Shown one piece after another: positions 8,455 through 17,247 of a stretch of DNA of 41,954 bases (positions within the stretch are counted from its first letter, which is position 1; every line of letters starts with the position of its first letter). The translations under genes and the position numbers were made by a program. The notes beneath the pieces are model-generated. The model searched no databases. It saw only the letters and a program-made list of their open reading frames with translations, and was not told where the DNA came from. The DNA is taken from NCBI GenBank assembly GCA_038065755.1, contig JBBTQJ010000015.1, positions 3,218 to 45,171 of the forward strand, written 5' to 3'. The DNA comes from Patescibacteria group bacterium. GTDB lineage: Bacteria > Patescibacteriota > Minisyncoccia > Minisyncoccales > Staskawiczbacteraceae.

Positions 8455-8539
8455 GAAAAAATTCTAAATTCATAGAATAAAACATTTCAATTTTGGAAAA
8501 ATTTTCCGAAAGAGCTAAATAACGAAAATAATCCACTTC

Positions 8540-8571
8540 AACCAAAAAGCGGGCTTGCCCGCTTTTTGGTT
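8540..8571. terminator. Intrinsic terminator after yqeY
   Basis: aaccaaaaagcgggc-tt-gcccgctttttggtt, perfect 15-bp arms. Confidence 0.75.
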
Positions 8572-8575
8572 TTTT

Positions 8576-9073
8576 CTATTTAGACAATAATTCTTTTACG
8601 ATTTTTGAAATTTCACCGGAGTCCGCTTTGCCTTTTACTTTTGGCGCCAAGTCTGCCATTATTCTGCCCATATCTTTTATTTCTTTGGCTCCTGTTTTGT
8701 TTATTGATTCTTCAATTATTTTTTTCAATTCTTCTGTTGAAATTTGTTTTGGCAAATATTTTTTTAAAATGGCGACTTCTTTTTTTTCTTTGTCTGCCAG
8801 TTCCTGCCTATTGCCTTTTTCATATAATAAAATTGCGTCTTTTCTTTTTTTTATTTCAGAAGATATAACATCAATTGTTTCTTCATCTGTTAAATAGGAC
8901 TCTTTTATTAAGTCTTCTTCTTTCAACTCCGGCTTTAACTTTGAAATTTTATATCTTTTGTCTTTTTCTTTTGTAATAATAAAGGCCAAAACCATGCGCA
9001 AAACACCGGCAGTAAAATTATCTCCGCCTTTTAGCGCTTCTGTCGCGTCTTTTTGAATTTGTTGTTTTAACAT
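8576..9073 (-). CDS. GatB/YqeY domain protein (likely start MLKQQIQ at 9073)
   Basis: EIKKRKDAILLYEKGNRQELADKE, KYLPKQ, KDMGRIM, KGKADSG; conserved position downstream of rpsU. Confidence 0.92.
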   Translation of the reverse strand: MLKQQIQKDATEALKGGDNFTAGVLRMVLAFIITKEKDKRYKISKLKPELKEEDLIKESYLTDEETIDVISSEIKKRKDAILLYEKGNRQELADKEKKEVAILKKYLPKQISTEELKKIIEESINKTGAKEIKDMGRIMADLAPKVKGKADSGEISKIVKELLSK

Positions 9074-9087
9074 TATTATTTCGGCTT

Positions 9088-9151
9088 CCCCGTTAGAAAC
9101 CTTGCGCAAAAAGAATTTTAATCTATTTTTTATAATTGGTTTCTAACGGGG
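9088..9151. mobile_element. 64-bp miniature inverted-repeat element with 14-bp TIRs and CTT flanking duplication
   Basis: ctt|ccccgttagaaacc...ggtttctaacgggg|ctt; supplies the last codons and TAG of rpsU. Confidence 0.7.
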
Positions 9152-9358
9152 CTTTGCCATTTTTTCTGCCTGCTTTCTTTCTTTTCTTATTTTTTCCCTT
9201 CTTAAAACCGACCTCTTTTTTGACAAAGCTGATTTTTTTCTTTTATGAAATTGTTTGCTTCTTACTTCAAGCAAAACACCGGACTGCCTTACTACTTTGG
9301 TAAATCTGTGAACCAGGCTTTGAGAGGTTTCCCTGTCTTTTTTTCTTACTTCTAACAT
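9143..9358 (-). CDS. rpsU: 30S ribosomal protein bS21
   Basis: 71 aa, basic, EVRKKDRET..SLVHRFTK.V..SGVL.E.R; rpsU-yqeY synteny. Confidence 0.85.
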   Translation of the reverse strand: MLEVRKKDRETSQSLVHRFTKVVRQSGVLLEVRSKQFHKRKKSALSKKRSVLRREKIRKERKQAEKMAKPR

Positions 9359-9364
9359 AAAAAA

Positions 9365-10648
9365 TTATTTTTTAATTTTGTTTTTCATTTCTTTTACGAC
9401 CTTGTCTAATTTAATTTCTTTTTGGGCTCCTGTATCCATATCCCTTAAAGTAACAAAATCTTCCAGCGCTTCTTTCTGCCCAAAAATTAAAACATATTTT
9501 ATTCCCAATTTATTGGCAACTCTTAGCTGCGCCTTTAAAGAATCTTTTGAAAAAGATTCTGCAACCGGAATCTTGGCTTCTCTGAATTCTTCAAAAAGCT
9601 TTAAGCTTTTTCTTTTTGCCAGCTGCCCTAATTGGGCTAAAAATATTTTTGCTTCTTTTTGGTTCTGGGATAATTTTACTTCTCTGGTTTTCATTAAATT
9701 CACAATTCTTTCTGTTCCTCCCGCAACTCCGCAGGCAGGAGTGTCTCTGCCTCCTAAAATTTTTACCAAGCCGTCGTATCTTCCCCCCCCAATTAATGTT
9801 CCTTGGTTTTTTCCCTCTTCGCTGTTTTCTGAAATTTCAAAAACGGTCTTTGTATAATAATCCAGCCCTCTGACCAAGCACGAATTTAAAGTGTATGGCA
9901 GTTGCAGTTCGTCTAAAAATTCCAAAACCTGTTTAAAGTGCAAGTGACAGCTCTCGCATAAATGGTCAATTATCTGAGGAGCCCCTGCTTTTATTCTTTG
10001 GCATTTTTCTTCTTTGCAGTCTAAAATTCTCAAAGAATTTTCTTTCAACCTTCTCTGGCAATCTGAACATAAAGAAGATTTTCTTGACCTGAAGTAGCTT
10101 GTTAATATTTTTTTAAAATAGGGCCTGCATTCTGTATCTCCAATGCTGTTTACCTCTATCATCAAATTTTTAAAACCTAAATCTTTCAAAATATCATAAC
10201 TCATCTGAATAACTTGTCCGTCTATTGAAGGGTTCTTTTCTCCTAGGGCTTCAAATCCAAATTGATAAAATTGTCTGTATCTTCCGGCTTGGGGCCTTTC
10301 ATGCCTAAAACAAGGCCCATAATACCACAACTTTACAGGCTGTGGAAGGTTGTGCATTCCGTGTTCTATATAGCTTCTTGCTATTGACGAGGTATATTCC
10401 GGCCTTAAAGCCACCAAATCTCCGCCCTTTGTCCTAAATGTGTACATCTCTTTTTCAATAATATCTGTTCCTGTCCCCGTGCCTTTTAAAAAAACTTCGG
10501 CCTGCTCTAAAATTGGCGTGTCTATTTTTTGAAACCCATAATAACCGGTAATGTTTTCAACCGATTTTTGAACTTTTTGAAAATAGGGCTGATCTTCGGG
10601 CAAAATGTCGTGCATTCCTGTCAAGCTTTGAATTTTTAATTTATTCAT
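9365..10648 (-). CDS. hisS: Histidine--tRNA ligase
   Basis: GMHDILP, KEMYTF, LRPEYT, FRHERPQAGRYRQFYQ, LVRGLDYY, GGGRYDGL. Confidence 0.98.
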   Translation of the reverse strand: MNKLKIQSLTGMHDILPEDQPYFQKVQKSVENITGYYGFQKIDTPILEQAEVFLKGTGTGTDIIEKEMYTFRTKGGDLVALRPEYTSSIARSYIEHGMHNLPQPVKLWYYGPCFRHERPQAGRYRQFYQFGFEALGEKNPSIDGQVIQMSYDILKDLGFKNLMIEVNSIGDTECRPYFKKILTSYFRSRKSSLCSDCQRRLKENSLRILDCKEEKCQRIKAGAPQIIDHLCESCHLHFKQVLEFLDELQLPYTLNSCLVRGLDYYTKTVFEISENSEEGKNQGTLIGGGRYDGLVKILGGRDTPACGVAGGTERIVNLMKTREVKLSQNQKEAKIFLAQLGQLAKRKSLKLFEEFREAKIPVAESFSKDSLKAQLRVANKLGIKYVLIFGQKEALEDFVTLRDMDTGAQKEIKLDKVVKEMKNKIKK

Positions 10649-10660
10649 TTTGCTTTATTT

Positions 10661-11290
10661 TTAATAAATTGGCGTTTCAATTTGAGATAACGTTGTTATG
10701 GGAAAAATTCTTAAATAGGCTTTGCCGATAATATATTCTTTTGAAAGAATTCCCCATCTTCTTGAATCAAAAGAATATTCTCTATTGTCTCCTAAAACAA
10801 AATATTCATCTGGCCCCAAAACAATATTTATATCACCTTCGGTTTTTAGGTCGTCTGGAAGATATTCTTCGTTCAGCGCAAAACTGTTATTTTTGTAAAT
10901 TGTTATTTTACCTTCTTTAATTTCTACGGTTTCACCGGGCAGGCCTATAATTCTTTTAATAAACCGCTGGGCTGTATCTTTTGGATATTTAAAAACAATT
11001 ATATTTCCCCTTTGTGGCTCTGTAAACCTGTAAGATATTTCGTCAACAATTAAATAATCTCCAGATTTCAAATTGGGCACCATTGATTCTCCCCTTACAA
11101 TAAAAGGCTGAAATAAAAAATAACGTATGGGTAAAACTATTACCAAGGCAATAACAACTATCTGGATAATTTCCCAAACAAACGGCAAAAAACTTTTAAT
11201 GCCTCTTTTACCTATTTTTTTTTCTTCAACTCCTGCCTGTGGGGACAGGCCATTATTTATTTTTGCTTCTTTGTTATTGTCTTCTTCCAT
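10661..11290 (-). CDS. lepB: Signal peptidase I
   Basis: GESMVPNL (Ser), FIKRIIGLPGE (Lys), FVLGDNR..SFDSR.WG. Confidence 0.96.
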   Translation of the reverse strand: MEEDNNKEAKINNGLSPQAGVEEKKIGKRGIKSFLPFVWEIIQIVVIALVIVLPIRYFLFQPFIVRGESMVPNLKSGDYLIVDEISYRFTEPQRGNIIVFKYPKDTAQRFIKRIIGLPGETVEIKEGKITIYKNNSFALNEEYLPDDLKTEGDINIVLGPDEYFVLGDNREYSFDSRRWGILSKEYIIGKAYLRIFPITTLSQIETPIY

Positions 11291-11363
11291 AATTTTCTAT
11301 TCTATTGCGTTTTATTGTATCATATTTTTTTATTATTGCAAGTTTTGGGTTTTATAATAAAAA

Positions 11364-11392
11364 GGAGCTGCAACAAATTTTGCCGCAGCTCC
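11364..11392 (-). terminator. Terminator of the GC-rich insert
   Basis: ggagctgc-N13-gcagctcc, followed on the minus strand by ttttt. Confidence 0.55.
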
Positions 11393-11414
11393 ACAGAAAA
11401 AAGAAGGTTGGCCC

Positions 11415-11690
11415 TTATCGGACGGTTGCGGCGCTTCGCCGCCTATAGCAGGGCTTTTGCCCTGCCACCCCCAGGCCGTTTTCATCACCTCTCTTTTGTC
11501 CCTGCAACTGCAAGAGACGACACACCGCCAGCGGGTGGACCCAAACACAAAACTCCTTTTTCAAAAGACGGCATAGACTCAAAAGAGAGTCTTGCCTTGT
11601 GGCGTTTCCGTTGAATCGAGACGCCATTGCCAGGATGAACACCTTGTGTTCGGGTTTGAGACGGCGGTGTGTGCATATCTTCTTGCACAT
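11415..11690 (-). CDS. Hypothetical small protein, possibly HTH-like (start MCKKICTH)
   Basis: GAAGGA SD-like motif before the ATG at 11690; LCRLLKKEFCVWVHPLAVCRLL resembles an HTH; overlapping alternative ORFs make the call uncertain. Confidence 0.4.
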   Translation of the reverse strand: MCKKICTHRRLKPEHKVFILAMASRFNGNATRQDSLLSLCRLLKKEFCVWVHPLAVCRLLQLQGQKRGDENGLGVAGQKPCYRRRSAATVR

Positions 11691-11872
11691 AGAGATTCCT
11701 TCCACAAACTGGGTTAGAGAAGTTGGAAAAACAGTGCCTCTTCTCTGTTTCCTTGAAAAAGAGAAAAACGCCCGTGTTTCTATATGCACCTCCTTTCTTT
11801 AAAATTGGCTCAGAAAGAAGAAAAAACAGACGCTGATCACCTCCTTTCTTTATATTGAACGTGCTAATTTAG

Positions 11873-11901
11873 AGTATATCTCTTTTAAAAAACAAAGTCA
11901 A
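11873..11901 (-). promoter_or_regulatory. Near-consensus sigma70 promoter of the GC-rich insert
   Basis: TTGACT-N17-TATACT on the minus strand. Confidence 0.65.
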
Positions 11902-11909
11902 ATTTTGTT

Positions 11910-12314
11910 TTAATTTAATAAATAATTGTTTTTAAGTTCTTTATTAATTTTTAAATAATCGGGGATTGTTTTTTCCACCAAATTCCAAAACTTATAAGAA
12001 TGATTGAATTCCGCTAAATGACAAAGCTCGTGAACCACAAGATAGTCAGCCAGTTTATTTTCTAAAAAAACAATTTTATAATTAAAGTTCAAGTTTCTTT
12101 TTTTAGAACAGCTTCCCCACCTTGTCTTTTGATTTTTAATTCTTACTTTGTAAAACTTAAATTTGTAAAACGCGTTAAATTTGCCAATTTTTTCTTCAAC
12201 AATTTTTCGCGCCCGCTCTTTATTTTTTAAAAAATTATTTCTGCCGCCTGCCTTTCTTCGGGGTTTTGACAGACGCCTAATTTTTCTTTTAAAAATTATA
12301 ATATATTTTTTCAT
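11910..12314 (-). CDS. YgjP-like / DUF45 (M48-related) metal-dependent hydrolase
   Basis: KTRWGSCS, YLVVHELCHL.EFNHS.KFW. Confidence 0.9.
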   Translation of the reverse strand: MKKYIIIFKRKIRRLSKPRRKAGGRNNFLKNKERARKIVEEKIGKFNAFYKFKFYKVRIKNQKTRWGSCSKKRNLNFNYKIVFLENKLADYLVVHELCHLAEFNHSYKFWNLVEKTIPDYLKINKELKNNYLLN

Positions 12315-12414
12315 AATATAGATTATTCATCATAAACTAAAAAATGCAAAAAGAAAATTTGAAAAATTTAGATAAAAAGAGTAAATTAAAATAAACAATA
12401 AAATTTAAAATTTT

Positions 12415-12999
12415 ATGATTATAATAATCGGACTGGGGAATCCCGGCGAAAAATTTAAAAACACCAGGCATAATGCCGGCTTTATGGTTTTAGATAGTTT
12501 TGCAAAAGAAAATGATTTTCCGGAATTTAAAATACAAAAAAAATATAACGCCTTAGTTTCAGAGAATATTATAAACGAACAAAAAATTTTGTTGGCAAAG
12601 CCTCAGACTTTTATGAATGAATCGGGAAAAACCGCTAAAAAAATTTTAAAAAATAATAAATCAGAGACAGACAACCTTATCGTAGTTCACGATGATATTG
12701 ATTTGCCTGTTGGAAAAATAAAAATAGTTAAAGAAAGGGGCTCAGCCGGCCACAAAGGAGTAGAATCAATAATCAAAAACATCGGCAATAACGGATTAAT
12801 AAGATTTCGCCTAGGCATAAATCAAAAACAGTACCACCGACCCATCGGTGGTACTAAAAAAGCAAAAGAGGTTGTGCTTGAAAAATTTTCAAAAGACGAA
12901 CAAAAAATAATAGACCAAGCAATCCAAAAAACCGCCAGCGCTCTCAATTTTATAATAAAAAACGGCCTAGAAAAAGCCATGAATGAGTACAATAAATAA
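12415..12999 (+). CDS. pth: Peptidyl-tRNA hydrolase
   Basis: GLGNPG..F.NTRHNAGF, KPQTFMNESG, VVHDDIDL, SAGHKG. Confidence 0.97.
   Translation: MIIIIGLGNPGEKFKNTRHNAGFMVLDSFAKENDFPEFKIQKKYNALVSENIINEQKILLAKPQTFMNESGKTAKKILKNNKSETDNLIVVHDDIDLPVGKIKIVKERGSAGHKGVESIIKNIGNNGLIRFRLGINQKQYHRPIGGTKKAKEVVLEKFSKDEQKIIDQAIQKTASALNFIIKNGLEKAMNEYNK
12830..12855. repeat. 26-bp hairpin (11-bp perfect stem) within pth
   Basis: agtaccaccga-ccca-tcggtggtact, encoding QYHRPIGGT. Confidence 0.8.
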
Positions 13000-14989
13000 A
13001 ATAAATCAGGTGTTGATAGTTAGCATTACCCCCTATTTTTTAGATAAGGAGGTTTTTTGGTTTCAAGAAAATTTAGAAGAAATTTTGCGGGCAAGTAAAA
13101 CCCAGTCCTTTTTTCAGGACAATATTATTTTTTTAAAAACCGGCTATGATTGTAATTTCTCTAATTTATTGAGAAAAATAGACGAAATGGGATATGAAAG
13201 GGTTTTTAAAATTCAAGAGCAGGGGGAGTTTTCGCAAAGAGGCGGAGTTATTGATATTTTTCCCGTCAACTTAATCCATGCAATAAGGTTGGATTTCTTG
13301 GGAAACAAAATTGACTCAATAAAACTGCTTGACACAGAAATAAAAGACGAAAAAAGGGCGAGAGATATTTTAAAAAACAGGCTAAAATCGCAAAAAATCT
13401 TTTCTGATATTAAAAATTTAAAACCGGGAGATTATTTAACGCACTTAGACCACGGAATTGGAAAGTTTGTCGGGTTTGAAGAATTTTCAATTTCAAAATC
13501 TAAATTTCAAAACAATTTTAAAATTAAAATTTCAAATGACGAAAAACAAAAATATTATGTTTTAGAATATGCCAGCGAAGACAAATTATATGTGCCACTG
13601 GGTTTAGAAAGAAAACTTTCAAGATATGTGGGGTTTGCAGACCCCAAGATTTCTCGGCTGGGATCTAATTTGTGGCAAAAAACAAAAAGAAAAATAAAAG
13701 AAGGGGTAGAAAAATTAGCCAAAGAACTTTTGGATTTATACGCAAAAAAAGAAATTGCGAAAAGAACTCCTTATTTGCAAGACAAAGAATTAGAAGAACA
13801 ATTACGGTCTTCTTTTATATACGAAGAAACACCAGACCAAACGCAGGCCATTGAAGATATTAAAAAAGACCTAATCAAAGAAACGCCAATGGACAGGATT
13901 GTTTGCGGAGATGTTGGTTTTGGAAAAACAGAAATAGCCATAAGAACCGCCCTGCTGGCCGTTGCAAACAACAGGCAGACAGCCCTAATATGCCCCACAA
14001 CAATCTTGGCCAACCAGCATTTTAATAACTTTAAAGAAAGATTTAAAAAATTTCCTGTCCAAGTAGCCATGCTCTCAAGACTTCAGAGTAAAAAAGAGCA
14101 AAAAAAAATAATTGAAAATTTAAAAGGGGGGAAAATAGATATTATTATCGGCACGCACAGAATTTTGTCTTCTGACGTAGGGTTTAAAAATTTGCAATTA
14201 TTGATTATTGACGATGAACAGCGATTTGGAGTAAAACAAAAAGAAAAATTAAGACAGCTTAAATTGTCTTTAGATGTTTTAAGCCTGTCGGCCACTCCTA
14301 TCCCAAGAACCATATATCTAGCGCTTTCTTCTTTTAAAAATATAAGTCTTATTCAAACTCCGCCCAAAGGCAGAATAGCCATAAACACGCAGGTTTTGCC
14401 GTATAATTCAAAAATTATAAAAGAAGCGATAAAATTTGAACTAAAAAGGAATGGCCAGGTTTATTTTTTGCACAACAGAGTCCAAACCATTGAAAAAACA
14501 AAACAGGAATTGCAAAAATTAATTCCCGAAGCAAAAATAGCCGCAATCCACGGAAAGATGCCAGAAAAACAATTGATAAAAACAATGAGTGGCTTTTCTC
14601 GTCGGGACATTGATGTTTTGGTGGCCACTACAATTATTGAAAACGGGTTAGATTTTCCTAATGTAAACACTATAATAATAGAAAACGCTTTAAAACTGGG
14701 CCTTTCTCAGGCGCACCAGATAAGGGGAAGAGTCGGCAGATCAAATATAGAAAGTTTTGCTTATATGTTTTTTTATAAAAAAAATATTACGCCCTTGGCC
14801 AAAGAAAGATTAAAAACATTGGAAGACGAAAAAGAATTGGGGGCTGGTTACAGAATTGCAATTAAAGATTTGGAATTAAGAGGGGCCGGCAATATTTTGG
14901 GCAAAGAGCAATCGGGCGCCATAAACAAAATCGGGCTTAATTTATATTGCCAAGTTCTTTCTGAAGCAGTTGAAAAACTAAGGCAATAA
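12983..14989 (+). CDS. mfd: Transcription-repair coupling factor, compact form
   Basis: GEFSQRGGVIDIFP (UvrB-homology), HLDHGIG (CarD/RID), GDVGFGKTE, DDEQRFG, SATPIPR, QIRGRVGR, DLELRGAGNILG (TRG); no C-terminal TRCF domain. Confidence 0.93.
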   Translation: MSTINKINQVLIVSITPYFLDKEVFWFQENLEEILRASKTQSFFQDNIIFLKTGYDCNFSNLLRKIDEMGYERVFKIQEQGEFSQRGGVIDIFPVNLIHAIRLDFLGNKIDSIKLLDTEIKDEKRARDILKNRLKSQKIFSDIKNLKPGDYLTHLDHGIGKFVGFEEFSISKSKFQNNFKIKISNDEKQKYYVLEYASEDKLYVPLGLERKLSRYVGFADPKISRLGSNLWQKTKRKIKEGVEKLAKELLDLYAKKEIAKRTPYLQDKELEEQLRSSFIYEETPDQTQAIEDIKKDLIKETPMDRIVCGDVGFGKTEIAIRTALLAVANNRQTALICPTTILANQHFNNFKERFKKFPVQVAMLSRLQSKKEQKKIIENLKGGKIDIIIGTHRILSSDVGFKNLQLLIIDDEQRFGVKQKEKLRQLKLSLDVLSLSATPIPRTIYLALSSFKNISLIQTPPKGRIAINTQVLPYNSKIIKEAIKFELKRNGQVYFLHNRVQTIEKTKQELQKLIPEAKIAAIHGKMPEKQLIKTMSGFSRRDIDVLVATTIIENGLDFPNVNTIIIENALKLGLSQAHQIRGRVGRSNIESFAYMFFYKKNITPLAKERLKTLEDEKELGAGYRIAIKDLELRGAGNILGKEQSGAINKIGLNLYCQVLSEAVEKLRQ

Positions 14990-14992
14990 AAT

Positions 14993-15152
14993 AGACCTGT
15001 TGCGAAATAAGATTAGCAAGCGAAATAAAGCAATTTTTAGCGAAAATTTGGAAAAACGAGGAGGTTTATACAGGGTATAAGCCGACGAGTTTTTATAAAT
15101 TTGCAGCAAAAATTGCAAATTGCAGCGCGAATTCTTATTTCGCAACAGGTCT
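14993..15152 (+). mobile_element. 160-bp MITE-like palindromic element, copy 2
   Basis: aat|agacctgttgcgaaataag...cttatttcgcaacaggtct|aat; perfect 19-bp TIR, AAT duplication, 3 bp after the mfd stop. Confidence 0.88.
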
Positions 15153-15219
15153 AATATATAAAAATTGCAAATGCCACGCTTATTCTGATATAGTATAGTT
15201 AAACAGAAATAAAAATTTT

Positions 15220-17247
15220 ATGGATTTAATTATAGTGGAAAGCCCCACAAAATCTAAAACCCTGCAATCGTTTTTAGGAAAAGACTATAAAGTTTTGTCG
15301 TCTTTTGGACATGTAAGAGATTTGCCAAAAGGAGAACTTGGAGTAGACGTTGAAAATAACTTTGAACCAAAATATATTGTGCCCACAAAAGCCAAAAAAA
15401 CAGTTTCTTTGCTAAAAAAAGAGTCTTCATCGGCTGACAGCACCATTTTGGCAACCGACGAAGACAGAGAGGGTGAAGCAATTGCCTGGCACTTAGCAGA
15501 AGCATTAAAATTGAAAAACCCAAAAAGAATTGTCTTTCACGAAATAACCAAAGAAGCCATTCAAAAAGCATTAAAAAATCCAAGAAGCATTGATATAAAT
15601 ATGGTAAACGCCCAGCAGGCAAGAAGAATTTTAGACAGGATTGTTGGCTATAAGCTGTCTCCTTTTTTATGGAAAAAGGTGGCAAAGGGCCTGTCGGCAG
15701 GAAGGGTGCAATCTGTGGCTGTAAAATTTGTTGTTGACAGAGAAAGAGAAATAGAAAAATTTATACCGCAAGAATATTGGAGCGTTGAGGCTGCGCTTGA
15801 AAAAAATAAAAAAGAATTTACCGCTTTTTTGGCCAAAAAAAATAAAGAGCCAATAACAAGGCTTGAAATAAAAAACAAAAAAGAGGCAGATAAAATTTTA
15901 GAGGATTTAAAAAATGCAAATTATGTAATAGAAAATGTTGAAAAAAAAGAAACCAAAAAAAATCCTTTTCCGCCCTTTACAACAAGCGCCTTGCAGCAAT
16001 CTGCTTGGCAGAGATTTCATTTCCCAGCTAAAACAACAATGCAAACGGCCCAGCGGCTTTACGAACAGGGGTTTATCAGCTATCACAGGACAGATTCTTT
16101 AAATTTATCTGAAACATCTTTGTTTGCCGCTAAAAAATTTATTGCAGAAAGCTTCGGCATTAATTATTGGGCGGGAAAATTAATAAGGTATAAAGCTAAT
16201 AAAAACGCCCAAGAAGCCCATGAGGCCATAAGGCCGACCATTGCCAGCAGAACACCAGAATCATTAAAAAATACAGATTCAAGGCAGTTGAAATTATATA
16301 CTATTATATGGCAAAGATTTATTGCCTGCCAAATGTCGCCGGCTTTATTTGATTCTGTTTCTTCTGATATTAAAGCTAATAATTATACATTCCGCGCAAA
16401 CGGTCAAACATTAAAATTTGATGGCTTCTTAAAGATCTACCCGGTAAAGTTTGAAGAAAAAGAGCTACCCGGTTTAGAAAAAAATGATAATTTAAACCTT
16501 ATAAAATTAACTCCTTCTCAACATTTTACAGAGCCCCCCGCAAGATATACCGAAGCAAGTTTAATTAAAATTTTAGAAAAAAACGGCATAGGCAGGCCCT
16601 CTACATATGCCCCCACCCTGTCTACCATACAGGAAAGAAATTATGTTGCAAAGAATGACCAAAAAAGATTTTTCCCAAATGAAATGGGAATAATAGTCAA
16701 TGATATTTTGGCGCAAAATTTTCCGCAAATAGTTGATATTGATTTTACGGCTAAAATGGAAAAAGAATTAGACGAAATAGCTGAAAAAAAAGACACTTGG
16801 ATAAAAACATGCAAAGATTTTTATGTTCCCTTTGCCAAAAATTTAGAAGAAAAATACAAAGAAGTAAAAAAAGAAAACACAGACATCAAAACAGATAAAA
16901 TTTGCCCGAGGTGCGCGAAACCAATGGTAGAAAAACTGGGAAGATTCGGCAGGTTTTACGCATGCGCCGGTTTTCCGGATTGCAAATACACAGAATCTTT
17001 AGAGTCGGTTGATTTGGGAATTATTTGTCCAAGGTGCAAGGTCGGTAAAATAGTTGTCAGAAAAAGCAAAAGAGGAAAAATTTTTTACGGCTGCGACCTT
17101 TATCCAAAATGCGATTTTGCCTTATGGGACAAGCCCGTAAATGAATTTTGCAAAAAATGCGGTTCTATTTTGGTAGAAACAAAAAATAAGCAAATAAAGT
17201 GCGGTAATAAAGAATGCAAACAATCAACGCCATCAGAAAAATTATAG
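15220..17247 (+). CDS. topA: DNA topoisomerase I
   Basis: IVESPTK, GHVRDL, ATDEDREGE, SAGRVQS, SYHRTDS, QEAHEAIRPT, GIGRPSTY, C-terminal zinc ribbons. Confidence 0.98.
   Translation: MDLIIVESPTKSKTLQSFLGKDYKVLSSFGHVRDLPKGELGVDVENNFEPKYIVPTKAKKTVSLLKKESSSADSTILATDEDREGEAIAWHLAEALKLKNPKRIVFHEITKEAIQKALKNPRSIDINMVNAQQARRILDRIVGYKLSPFLWKKVAKGLSAGRVQSVAVKFVVDREREIEKFIPQEYWSVEAALEKNKKEFTAFLAKKNKEPITRLEIKNKKEADKILEDLKNANYVIENVEKKETKKNPFPPFTTSALQQSAWQRFHFPAKTTMQTAQRLYEQGFISYHRTDSLNLSETSLFAAKKFIAESFGINYWAGKLIRYKANKNAQEAHEAIRPTIASRTPESLKNTDSRQLKLYTIIWQRFIACQMSPALFDSVSSDIKANNYTFRANGQTLKFDGFLKIYPVKFEEKELPGLEKNDNLNLIKLTPSQHFTEPPARYTEASLIKILEKNGIGRPSTYAPTLSTIQERNYVAKNDQKRFFPNEMGIIVNDILAQNFPQIVDIDFTAKMEKELDEIAEKKDTWIKTCKDFYVPFAKNLEEKYKEVKKENTDIKTDKICPRCAKPMVEKLGRFGRFYACAGFPDCKYTESLESVDLGIICPRCKVGKIVVRKSKRGKIFYGCDLYPKCDFALWDKPVNEFCKKCGSILVETKNKQIKCGNKECKQSTPSEKL

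Noticed and set aside
9074-9109. Longer ORF-track N-termini for yqeY (also the RelE toxin, Panacea antitoxin, tatD, csrA, metG, 32029 and 35935 ORFs)
   Set aside because: The extensions overlap repeats, promoters or neighbouring genes; downstream ATGs fit family N-termini or SD positions better.
9731-9754. gcaggcagg...ctgcct in hisS resembling the CCTGCC hairpin family
   Set aside because: Encodes the conserved GGRDTPACG segment of HisRS with no apparent extra residues.
11390-11430. Possible RNase P RNA, tmRNA or SRP RNA in the GC-rich insert
   Set aside because: No GAGGAAAGTCC signature, tRNA-like ends or SRP loop motif found.
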